Origin: Xylanibacter ruminicola 23
GTDB lineage: Bacteria > Bacteroidota > Bacteroidia > Bacteroidales > Bacteroidaceae
Direction: 5' to 3'
DNA: 32,000 bases
Assembly: GCF_000025925.1 (NCBI RefSeq)
Contig: NC_014033.1
Coordinates: forward strand, 1,380,001 to 1,412,000
Numbering within the stretch: position 1 is the first letter of the stretch; each line of letters opens with the position of its first letter. The position numbers and the translations under genes were made by a program. Below the pieces are notes generated by a model. It searched no databases, was not told the DNA's origin, and saw nothing but the letters and a program-made list of their open reading frames with translations. Of this stretch, positions 9,581-18,110 are shown piece by piece.

Positions 9581-11764
9581 ATGAAAAAGCTCATTTTTAC
9601 ATTTTTAAATTGTTACATTTTAGGCTCTCTGTCTATCAGCGCCCAGCAGCCCGTGGATTACGTCGATCCCTTTATCGGCACCACCAACTACAGCGTATGC
9701 AATCCAGGTGCCGTGTGCCCCAATGGCATGATGAGTGTGGTACCCTTTAACGTGATGGGTAGCGACCTGAACATGTACGATAAGGATAAGCGCTGGTGGT
9801 CGGCGCCTTACGAATATAACAACAAGTATTTCACCGGCTTTGCCCATGTAACGCTGAGTGGTGTGGGTTGTCCCGAACTGGGCACCCTGCTCACCATGCC
9901 TACCACCGGCAAACTGGATGTGGATTACCGCCACTACGGCTCGGAATACAGCAACGAGCAGGCCACCCCTGGCTACTATGCCGTAAGTCTGAAAAAGTAC
10001 GGCATCCGTTGCGAGGTTAGTGCCACCACCCGCAGTTCGGCCGAGCGTTTCACCTTTCCTAAAGGCGAGGGTCATATCCTGCTGAACCTGGGTAACGGAC
10101 TCACCAACGAGGTAGGTGGCATGGTGCGCCGTGTCAGCGATACCGAGATTGAGGGTTATCGCCTGGTGGGCACCTTCTGCTACAACCCGCAGGCCGTGTT
10201 CCCCATCTACTTTGTGATGCGAGTTAACAAACACCCCGTATCGGCAGGCTACTGGAAAAAGCAGCCACCGATGGACGGACCCGAAAAAGACTGGGACCCC
10301 GATCAGGGCAAATACAAGCTCTACACCACCTACGGCAAGGAGCTGGCTGGCGATGATGTAGGCTACTATTTCAACTACGATTGTGCCGAGGGCGAACAGA
10401 TTGAGGTGCAGATGGGCGTATCATTCGTATCTATCGAGAATGCCCGCCAGAACCTGAACACCGAACAGCCCCAATTTGCTTTCGACAACACCCGTCAGCA
10501 GGCCCGTCAGACTTGGGCTGAAACGCTGAACCGTGTTACCGTCGAGGGTGGCACCGAGGCCCAGCGCCGCATGTTCTACACCGCCCTGTATCACACCCAG
10601 ATTCACCCCAACATCCTGCAGGACGTTAACGGCCAGTACCCCGAAATGGAGAGCTTTAAGATTGGAAACATCAACAAAGGCAACCGTTATACGGTATTCT
10701 CACTCTGGGACACCTACCGCAACGTGGGTCAGCTGATGACACTACTCTACCCCGACAAGCAGTTGGATATGGTACGCTCTATGATTGGCATGTACAAGGA
10801 ATGGGGCTGGATGCCAAAGTGGGAACTGTACAGTCGCGAAACCTGGACGATGGAGGGCGATCCTGCCATCCCCTTTATTGCCGACACCTGGTTGAAGGGG
10901 CTGTGCGATTTCGATATCGACACCGCCTACGAGGCTTTCTATAAGTCGGCCACCCTGCCTGGCAAGGATAACAAGATGCGCCCCGATGTTGACAACTACT
11001 ACAAGCGCGGTTACGTGCCTATGGGCGAATATGCCGCCGATATGTCGGGCGACAACTCGGTATCGCACGCCTTGGAGTACTATATTGCCGATGCCTCGCT
11101 GGCAAACTTAGCCGAGGCTCTGGGTAAGAAACAGGATGCCAAGCGATTCCGCCAACAGAGTCTGGGCTACCGTCATTACTATTCTAAGGAGTCGGGTACG
11201 CTGCGCCCTATCAATCAGGATGGCACGTTCCTCACACCTTTCGATCCCAAGGATGGTGCCGACTTCTCGAATGCGCCCGGATTCCACGAGGGCAGCGCCT
11301 GGAACTACACCTTCTACGTGCCTCACGACATCAAGGGACTGGCACGCCTGATGGGTGGCGACAAGAAGTTTGTGCAGAAGCTGCAGCGCGTGTTCGACGA
11401 GGGATTGTACGACCCTGCCAACGAACCCGACATTGCCTACCCTTACCTGTTTACCTATTTCAAAGGCGAGGAATGGCGCACCGAGAAGATTGTTACCAGT
11501 CTGATTAACAAAAACTTCAGCGATAAGCCCAACGGCATTCCAGGCAACGACGATTGCGGCACCATGTCAACATGGCTCATCTTCTCGATGATGGGCTTGT
11601 ATCCCGATTGCCCTGGCACACCCAGCTACGCGCTTACCAAACCGGTATTCGATAAGGTAACGCTGCATCTCGACAAGCGTTATTACCCCAAGGGCGACAT
11701 CATCATCGATGGCACCAAACCCCTCAAGAAATATCGCATCTCGCATAGCGAGCTGGTGCATTAA
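9581..11764 (+). CDS. GH92 alpha-mannosidase (second copy)
   Basis: The ATG abuts the preceding TAA. Motifs are PVDYVDPFIGT, SGVGCPELG and GNDDCGTMSTWLIFSMMGLYPDCPG. Confidence 0.9.
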   Translation: MKKLIFTFLNCYILGSLSISAQQPVDYVDPFIGTTNYSVCNPGAVCPNGMMSVVPFNVMGSDLNMYDKDKRWWSAPYEYNNKYFTGFAHVTLSGVGCPELGTLLTMPTTGKLDVDYRHYGSEYSNEQATPGYYAVSLKKYGIRCEVSATTRSSAERFTFPKGEGHILLNLGNGLTNEVGGMVRRVSDTEIEGYRLVGTFCYNPQAVFPIYFVMRVNKHPVSAGYWKKQPPMDGPEKDWDPDQGKYKLYTTYGKELAGDDVGYYFNYDCAEGEQIEVQMGVSFVSIENARQNLNTEQPQFAFDNTRQQARQTWAETLNRVTVEGGTEAQRRMFYTALYHTQIHPNILQDVNGQYPEMESFKIGNINKGNRYTVFSLWDTYRNVGQLMTLLYPDKQLDMVRSMIGMYKEWGWMPKWELYSRETWTMEGDPAIPFIADTWLKGLCDFDIDTAYEAFYKSATLPGKDNKMRPDVDNYYKRGYVPMGEYAADMSGDNSVSHALEYYIADASLANLAEALGKKQDAKRFRQQSLGYRHYYSKESGTLRPINQDGTFLTPFDPKDGADFSNAPGFHEGSAWNYTFYVPHDIKGLARLMGGDKKFVQKLQRVFDEGLYDPANEPDIAYPYLFTYFKGEEWRTEKIVTSLINKNFSDKPNGIPGNDDCGTMSTWLIFSMMGLYPDCPGTPSYALTKPVFDKVTLHLDKRYYPKGDIIIDGTKPLKKYRISHSELVH

Positions 11765-11820
11765 ACATGAAACATGAAACATTAAAGATTAAACATTAAA
11801 GATTAAAGAATAAACATTAT
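11762..11820 (+). repeat. AT-rich short-unit repeat (AAACATG x2, AAACATTAAAGATT x2); copy A of a dispersed repeat family
   Basis: 11770-11798 is identical over 29 nt to 29599-29627. 11784-11807 is identical over 24 nt to the reverse complement of 18048-18071. Confidence 0.9.
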
Positions 11821-12492
11821 ATGAAACGAACATTAGAAGTATGTACTGGCAATATGGCCAGTGTGATTGCAGCTGCTGAGGGCGGTGCCGAGCGCATCGA
11901 ATTGTGTACAGCTTTGGCATTAGGCGGTGTTACCCCCACCATAGGTATGATGAAGTGGATTCGCCAGCAGTATCCCGAACTCAAGATTCAGGTACTCATC
12001 CGTTCACGCGAAGGCGATTTTGTGTATAACAAGGCAGATATCGAGGCGATGCTCGAGGATATCCGTCTGTCGTTGCCATACTGCGATGGTATCGTGTGCG
12101 GCGCCCTCACTGCCGATGGCGATATCGACGTAGAGGCATTGAAGCTGATGGTTGAGGCTTCAGGCGACAAACCCTTTACTTTCCACCGTGCTTTCGACCG
12201 CTGTCGTGAGCCCGAGAAGGCCCTTGAGCAGATTATCGCTGCCGGTTGTGCCCGCATCCTCACCTCAGGTCATGAGCCATCAGCCGAACAGGGTATCCCC
12301 CTGTTGCGTAAACTCGTGGAACAGGCAGCCGGACGTATCATCATCATGCCAGGCGGCGGCGTAACAACAAAAAATGCCCGCCTGATCATCGACCAGACGG
12401 GCTGTATGGAAATTCACGGTTCATTCTCGGCAGGCAGTGGTGTTACCAGTGCCGACGACGTGAAATACGTGCTTTCTACAATTGACGAATAA
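11821..12492 (+). CDS. cutC: CutC-family protein (copper homeostasis protein CutC homolog, TIM barrel)
   Basis: Full-length family resemblance: MKRTLEVCTGNMASVIAAAEGGAERIELC, FHRAFD, ILTSG. Confidence 0.85.
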   Translation: MKRTLEVCTGNMASVIAAAEGGAERIELCTALALGGVTPTIGMMKWIRQQYPELKIQVLIRSREGDFVYNKADIEAMLEDIRLSLPYCDGIVCGALTADGDIDVEALKLMVEASGDKPFTFHRAFDRCREPEKALEQIIAAGCARILTSGHEPSAEQGIPLLRKLVEQAAGRIIIMPGGGVTTKNARLIIDQTGCMEIHGSFSAGSGVTSADDVKYVLSTIDE

Positions 12493-14884
12493 CCTTGATC
12501 AGCTGCTCACCTAAGTTGATGGTGTAGCCCTGCTGAACAAATACCACGCGGTTAAACGAATCGCAAATCAGGAACACAGGGAGTGCTGGGCTCTGCAGTT
12601 TCATCTGCTGCCACACTTCCTGTTTTATTTTACCCTCTACATCGGTTCCCCATACCACGGTGTTAGGCAGCTTGTCGAACTCGGCAAAGTTAAAGCGCTG
12701 TGCCTCGTCGTCGTTCTGGAACAGGAATATCATCTTTCTACCCCACTCCTCAAACTGCTGCTTATAAACCGAGATATCGCGCATAGCGTGGTTGGTAGGC
12801 TCCTGGTTAGGTGCCACAATAGCCAGCACATAATACCCGCGCCCAGTAGTAGAAAGCAGACTCTTATCGCTATCGGTAGCTTTGTCGTGATAGATATCCT
12901 CGGCATTTATCGACCCAATCACCTGTACATCCTCCTGATTCTCGCGCAGGGCGTAACTGATGGTGGTATCACCGTTAAGTGTAAAGCGCTGCATACGAGC
13001 CAGTACCTTACCGCTGGCCATACGCACACCGGTAGTAAGGATATACTCGCCCTTATCTATCTCCTGTCCGTTCACGAAATCTTGCTGGGTGGCATCCTCG
13101 GGGAATGTCTGCAACTGCAGCTGTCCATCCACCACCTTGCTCAGCGTAAAGTGGATGTAGTACTTAGGATTATCGTTGTGAGCCGACAGCTTGTAGTCCA
13201 GCTTCAGCTTGGCGGTGTTACCCTGCTTGGCGTTCTGGGCCTTGGCAAACACATCCACCCAACGTCCATCGGCATAGTACTGGGGCTTGCCGTTCACCTC
13301 GTTGATACGGGCAGGCATGCCTAAACTGCGAGCCACCGATACAAAGAAGATGTTACGACCCAGATCGTCGGTCAGCTTTTCGCGATACACACTCATAGGC
13401 TGCATACGCAATCCCTGTGGGTTATGATCGTTGTCGATGCGGATGTTCTGGTTGCACCATGCCTCCAGCTGGGCAGGACTCTTGATGCTACCCATGTGCT
13501 CGCGGAAGAAAGCCTTATAAGGTGTGAGCCACTCCAGCTCTACACGGGGGCACAGCACATACTTCAGATAGATATCCGATGTATCCACGGCAGCCACCTG
13601 ATTATCCTTCAGCACAGCCAGTTCGATATCACGCAGGTCCTTCTTAGCCAATACGCCGAGCAGTTTCTCTGCCATCAGCTGGTTGGGAGCCTCGTCCAGG
13701 AACTGCTGGATAGTACGGTGGTTACCGCGCCAGTCCTCAACCGGCATGGTAGCCTCGTAGGCATGACGGATACTGTCCTCGTAAGCCGAACGACGGTTGT
13801 TCTCAGCACGCTGCTCAGCAGTTACCAAAGGCAGCTGACCACTAACTGGTGGTGGCACGATATCGAGATCCACCAAATCAGGCAATTCCTTGCTGTTCAG
13901 CACGATTTTCACCTGCTTGTCCTTACCGAACGATACCTTACGGGTAGCCACCAAGCCACCTTTCGATACCCACAGCAGCATGTCGCCCTTACCGGCAGTC
14001 AGCGAGGCATGGCCCAGCTTGTCAGTAGTTTTGTTAGCTACGGTGTAGAACTCAGCATAGTTATACAGCTTAAACTCTACGCGGGCACCCGAAACAGGCT
14101 TGCCTTTAGCGTTAACCACCTGTACGTTAACCTGCGCGGTAGGTGCATAGTTATCTACCACGTTAATCTCTGTGTAACAAGGTGTCTGGCTCATCACCTC
14201 CTCAGGTCCGTCGTAGTTACCAAAAGCCTTGGTGTGCATCAGCATACCACGCGAGGCACTCTCGTTAAACCAACCCAGGTTCAGCACAGGCTCTGGCTCG
14301 CAGGCACCCAAGAAGTACCACTTGCCATCGGCCCAGGCCTCTACCCACGCATGGTTATCGTCGGTATGCGCCCAACGCGGGGTATAAACCTGACGGGCAG
14401 GAATACCTACGGCACGCAGGGCTGCAACAGTAAAAGTGCTCTGCTCGCCACAACGTCCATAAGCCGTACGGAGCGTTGCCAGCGGACTGCTGGTTCTGCC
14501 ATCCGACGGACGATACGTCACGTGCTCGTGGCACCAGTGGTTCACCTCGAGGATAGCCTCTTGCATACTCAGTTTCTCAACACGGGGCTTGAGGGCCTTG
14601 TAGAACACCTCGCGACTGTTGTCGAGATTCTCGTTGTTAACTCGCACGGGCACCACAAAATGGCGGAACTCGCGCTCTGGAATGGTTTTGCCCCATGGCA
14701 TCTCAGCACGTGCTTTGAGCGACAGGGCAACGTTCTGCTGGTAGAACTCGCGACTGTAATCAGTCTTGTCTGGCTGTGGCATAAACTGGTAAAGGTAGTC
14801 CACATAGCTGTCGCGGGTTTGAGCGCTGGCTGGTAGGCACATGGCGCTCAGCAGAATGGTGAAAATAGTTAGCGTTTTGTACAT
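12476..14884 (-). CDS. Secreted transglutaminase-core (Png1/PNGase-fold-like) protein with a thioredoxin-fold-like C-terminus
   Basis: Signal peptide MYKTLTIFTILLSAMCLPASAQ. Core motif: YGRCGEQSTF, IPARQVYTPRWAHTDDNHAWVEAW, FLGACEPE. The stop overlaps the cutC 3' end by 17 nt (convergent). The start lies 13 nt after the tyrA stop. Confidence 0.75.
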   Translation of the reverse strand: MYKTLTIFTILLSAMCLPASAQTRDSYVDYLYQFMPQPDKTDYSREFYQQNVALSLKARAEMPWGKTIPEREFRHFVVPVRVNNENLDNSREVFYKALKPRVEKLSMQEAILEVNHWCHEHVTYRPSDGRTSSPLATLRTAYGRCGEQSTFTVAALRAVGIPARQVYTPRWAHTDDNHAWVEAWADGKWYFLGACEPEPVLNLGWFNESASRGMLMHTKAFGNYDGPEEVMSQTPCYTEINVVDNYAPTAQVNVQVVNAKGKPVSGARVEFKLYNYAEFYTVANKTTDKLGHASLTAGKGDMLLWVSKGGLVATRKVSFGKDKQVKIVLNSKELPDLVDLDIVPPPVSGQLPLVTAEQRAENNRRSAYEDSIRHAYEATMPVEDWRGNHRTIQQFLDEAPNQLMAEKLLGVLAKKDLRDIELAVLKDNQVAAVDTSDIYLKYVLCPRVELEWLTPYKAFFREHMGSIKSPAQLEAWCNQNIRIDNDHNPQGLRMQPMSVYREKLTDDLGRNIFFVSVARSLGMPARINEVNGKPQYYADGRWVDVFAKAQNAKQGNTAKLKLDYKLSAHNDNPKYYIHFTLSKVVDGQLQLQTFPEDATQQDFVNGQEIDKGEYILTTGVRMASGKVLARMQRFTLNGDTTISYALRENQEDVQVIGSINAEDIYHDKATDSDKSLLSTTGRGYYVLAIVAPNQEPTNHAMRDISVYKQQFEEWGRKMIFLFQNDDEAQRFNFAEFDKLPNTVVWGTDVEGKIKQEVWQQMKLQSPALPVFLICDSFNRVVFVQQGYTINLGEQLIKVIRQL

Positions 14885-14897
14885 GTAAAATATCTAG

Positions 14898-15692
14898 TTA
14901 GCGTTTAATCTCTATGTCGTTCTTGACGTTGTTGCGAATCTTCGTCAGATAGCCCTTCATACCAGCGGCATCCTTCTGGTCGATAATCTCCAGCAGCTCC
15001 TTCAGCTCGGTACGAATCTGTGCCACCTGATCGTGCGTGTAGGGGTTGAACAGGATTTCCTGCAGCAGGTAGTCGTCCTCATTCAGCACGCCCTTGGCAA
15101 TACGCATATGGCGCTTAAAGGTAGTACCTGGTGCATCCTGATGCTTCATCACAGCAGCGAACACAAACGTTGAAACAAATGGAATACTCAGCGAGTAAGC
15201 CACCGTTTTATCGTGCTCCTCAAAGGTATACTCGTAGATGTTCAACCCCAGCTTGCGATACAGCTCCTTAAAGAAGCAACGACCCATGCAGTCGCCCTCC
15301 TGGATAATGATGGCATTCTCCTCGCTCAGCTGTTGCAGGTTGGCGAAGGTAGGACCAAACATCGGGTGCGTAGATACAAAGCGCATACCGGTCTGCTCAT
15401 AGAAGTCCTTCAGATCGGTCTTTACGCTGGCGATATCGCTGATAATGCACTCCTTAGGCAGGTAAGGTATCACCTCTTTAAACACGGGGATGGTATATTT
15501 CAGCGTTACCGCATTGATGAGCAGTTCGGGCTCAAAGGCCTTAATCTCATCGTAGGTGGTGAAACGCTGACAGTTGTATGTAAATCGCATGCGTTTGGCA
15601 TCTCTCTCAAACACAGCCACTTCGTGGTCGAAACTCAGCAGGTCGATGAAGAACGATCCCATCTTTCCTGCGCCCATTACTAATATTTTCAT
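14898..15692 (-). CDS. tyrA: Prephenate (or arogenate) dehydrogenase
   Basis: Rossmann motif MKILVMGAGKMGSFF and the STHPMFGP motif. Confidence 0.85.
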   Translation of the reverse strand: MKILVMGAGKMGSFFIDLLSFDHEVAVFERDAKRMRFTYNCQRFTTYDEIKAFEPELLINAVTLKYTIPVFKEVIPYLPKECIISDIASVKTDLKDFYEQTGMRFVSTHPMFGPTFANLQQLSEENAIIIQEGDCMGRCFFKELYRKLGLNIYEYTFEEHDKTVAYSLSIPFVSTFVFAAVMKHQDAPGTTFKRHMRIAKGVLNEDDYLLQEILFNPYTHDQVAQIRTELKELLEIIDQKDAAGMKGYLTKIRNNVKNDIEIKR

Positions 15693-15706
15693 TGCTTTTT
15701 TATTTT

Positions 15707-15781
15707 GGCACGAATTACGCGAATTTACACGAATTTTAGCTTATTATTCAATAATTCGCGTTAATTCGTGAAATTCGTGCC
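15707..15781. repeat. 75-bp imperfect palindrome between the DAHPS/CM stop and the tyrA start; three CRCGAATT units per arm
   Basis: Left arm GGCACGAATTaCGCGAATTtaCACGAATT. Right arm AATTCGCGttAATTCGTGaAATTCGTGCC. About 27 of 31 positions pair, including one G-U, and the outer 10 bp are perfect. Confidence 0.9.
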
Positions 15782-15787
15782 TAATAA

Positions 15788-16852
15788 TTACTTATTTATT
15801 ATTTCAATCTGCTGGCGAACGCTCTCTTCGTGGATGTTCTCGAATACGTGTGCTACGAACTCTGGGTCCATGCCACAGAGTGAGCCCTGGGCACCACGCT
15901 TGTTCAGGATTTCGTTGTAGCGGTTAGCCTGCAGTACTGTCATGTTGTGCTCCTTCTTGTACTGACCAATCTCGCGGCACACACGCATGCGCTTAGCCAA
16001 CAGATCCATCAGCTGGTTGTCCAGCTCGTCAATCTGCTTACGCAACTGGGTGATACCCTCGGTAGTGGTCTTCTCATCGCGGATTACCAACAAGCTCAGG
16101 ATGTAGTCGAGTACATCAGGTGTTACCTGCTGCTTGGCATCGCTCCAGGCCTTATCAGGATCGCAGTGGCTCTCCACAATCAGACCGTCGAAACCAAGGT
16201 CCATAGCCTGCTGACACAGAGGTGCTACCAGCTCACGACGTCCACCGATATGCGAGGGGTCGCTGATGATAGGCAGCTCAGGAATACGACGACGTAACTC
16301 AATGGGAATCTGCCACATAGGTGCGTTACGATAAATCTTTTGTTCGTAGCTTGAGAAACCACGATGGATAGCACCAAGACGCTTGATGCCAGCCTGATTG
16401 ATACGCTCCAAAGCACCAATCCAGAGCTCCAGGTCGGGGTTCACGGGGTTCTTTACGAACACGGGGATGTCCACGCCCTTCAGCGAGTCGGCAATAGCCT
16501 GCATGGCAAAGGGGTTGGCCGACGTACGGGCACCAATCCACAGGATATCTACACCGTGCTTCAGGCACAGCTCTACGTGCTCGGGAGTAGCAACCTCGGT
16601 AGAAACCAGCATCTTGGTTTCCTTCTTCACCTGCTCCAGCCATACCAGAGCGGGCTCGCCATGACCCTCAAAGCCACCGGGCTTGGTACGAGGCTTCCAC
16701 ACACCAGCGCGGAAGTTATGGCAGCCCTTCATAGCCAGCTGCTTAGCGGTTGTCATTACTTGTTCCTCGGTTTCAGCACTACAAGGGCCTGCAATCACAA
16801 AGGGACGTTCGTTGTCACTTGGTAAATTCAATGGTGATAATTCTAATTCCAT
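15788..16852 (-). CDS. Bifunctional 3-deoxy-7-phosphoheptulonate (DAHP) synthase class I-beta / chorismate mutase
   Basis: Motifs KPRTKPGGFEG and ISDPSH. The C-terminal chorismate-mutase helices contain LRKQIDELDNQLMDLLAKRMRVCREIGQYK. Confidence 0.9.
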   Translation of the reverse strand: MELELSPLNLPSDNERPFVIAGPCSAETEEQVMTTAKQLAMKGCHNFRAGVWKPRTKPGGFEGHGEPALVWLEQVKKETKMLVSTEVATPEHVELCLKHGVDILWIGARTSANPFAMQAIADSLKGVDIPVFVKNPVNPDLELWIGALERINQAGIKRLGAIHRGFSSYEQKIYRNAPMWQIPIELRRRIPELPIISDPSHIGGRRELVAPLCQQAMDLGFDGLIVESHCDPDKAWSDAKQQVTPDVLDYILSLLVIRDEKTTTEGITQLRKQIDELDNQLMDLLAKRMRVCREIGQYKKEHNMTVLQANRYNEILNKRGAQGSLCGMDPEFVAHVFENIHEESVRQQIEIINK

Positions 16853-16880
16853 GACTATATTTTTCTATTTTACTATTTCA

Positions 16881-18047
16881 CTATTTTACGATTTTCTCGA
16901 TGCGCTCGAGGGCGGCTTTGATCTTCTCTTCCTTGGCACAGAGCGAGATGCGGATGTATCGCTCGCCGTTGCTACCGAAGATAAAGCCTGGAGTTATAAA
17001 TACGCGGGCCTCGTGCAACACACGCTCTGTCAGGTCCTCTACGTTCTGGACATCAGCGGGAATCTTTCCCCACAGGAACATACCCACCTGATTCTTATCG
17101 TAGGTACAACCCAGCACATCCATAATCTTCTCGGCCCACTGGCGGCGACGCTTGTAGCTATCGATGTTGAACTCGCGATGCCAAGCCTCGTCGTTGTTGT
17201 TCAGCGCCTCGGCAGCAGCCAACTGAATGCCACGGAAGGTACCACTCTCAATGTTACTCTGCACCTTCAGTATCCACTGGATAAACTGTGGGTTCGACAA
17301 GCACATACCTACACGCCAACCGGGCATGTTATGACTCTTCGACATCGAGTTGAACTCAATACAGCAGTCCTTGGCGCCTGGCACCTGCATAATGCTCATG
17401 TGCTCCTCGCTCAGGATAAACGAGTAAGGGTTATCGTTCACCACCACAATGTTGTGATCCTGGGCAAACTTCACCAGTCGCTCGTAGGTTTCCATACGGG
17501 CACGTCCGCCTGTAGGCATATTGGGATAGTTGGTCCACATCAGCTTCACCTTCGAGAGGTCCATCTTCTCCAGTTCGTCGAAATCAGGCTGCCAACCGTT
17601 GTCCTCACGCAGATTGTAGTTTACGATTTTGGCACCCAGAATCTTGCTGAGCGATGTGTAGGTGGGATAGCCAGGATTGGGCACCAGCACCTCGTCGCCA
17701 GGGTTTACAAAGGCCAAGGTTACGTGCAGAATACCCTCTTTCGAACCAATCAGAGGCAATACCTCAGTCTTCCAGTCGAGCTCCACGTTGTACCAACGCT
17801 TGTAGAAGTTAGCCATGGCCTCACGCAGTTCGGGTGTACCTACTGTTATCTGATAGCCGTGTGCATCGGGCAGCTTAGCCACCTCGCACAGCTTTTCGAT
17901 GGTTCGCTCCGATGGTGGCATGTCGGGACTACCGATAGCCAATGAGATAATATCCTTACCCTCGGCGTTCATCTGCGCCACCTCCTTCAGTTTCCTACTA
18001 AAGTAGTACTCCTGCACCAAACTTAATCTATCTGCGGGTTGTATCAT
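16881..18047 (-). CDS. Class I PLP-dependent aminotransferase (aromatic/prephenate aminotransferase by context)
   Basis: FNSMSKSHNMPGWRVG (PLP lysine) and NPGYPTY. It sits inside the aromatic operon. Confidence 0.85.
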   Translation of the reverse strand: MIQPADRLSLVQEYYFSRKLKEVAQMNAEGKDIISLAIGSPDMPPSERTIEKLCEVAKLPDAHGYQITVGTPELREAMANFYKRWYNVELDWKTEVLPLIGSKEGILHVTLAFVNPGDEVLVPNPGYPTYTSLSKILGAKIVNYNLREDNGWQPDFDELEKMDLSKVKLMWTNYPNMPTGGRARMETYERLVKFAQDHNIVVVNDNPYSFILSEEHMSIMQVPGAKDCCIEFNSMSKSHNMPGWRVGMCLSNPQFIQWILKVQSNIESGTFRGIQLAAAEALNNNDEAWHREFNIDSYKRRRQWAEKIMDVLGCTYDKNQVGMFLWGKIPADVQNVEDLTERVLHEARVFITPGFIFGSNGERYIRISLCAKEEKIKAALERIEKIVK

Positions 18048-18075
18048 TTTAATCTTTAATGTTTAATCTTTTAAT
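18048..18075 (-). repeat. Copy C of the AAAGATTAAACATTAAAGATTAAA repeat, directly 5' of the aminotransferase ATG
   Basis: The reverse complement of 18048-18071 equals 11784-11807 (24 of 24). Confidence 0.9.
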
Positions 18076-18110
18076 CGTTTCTTTAGTACGCTTGGCATCG
18101 CCAAGAATGT

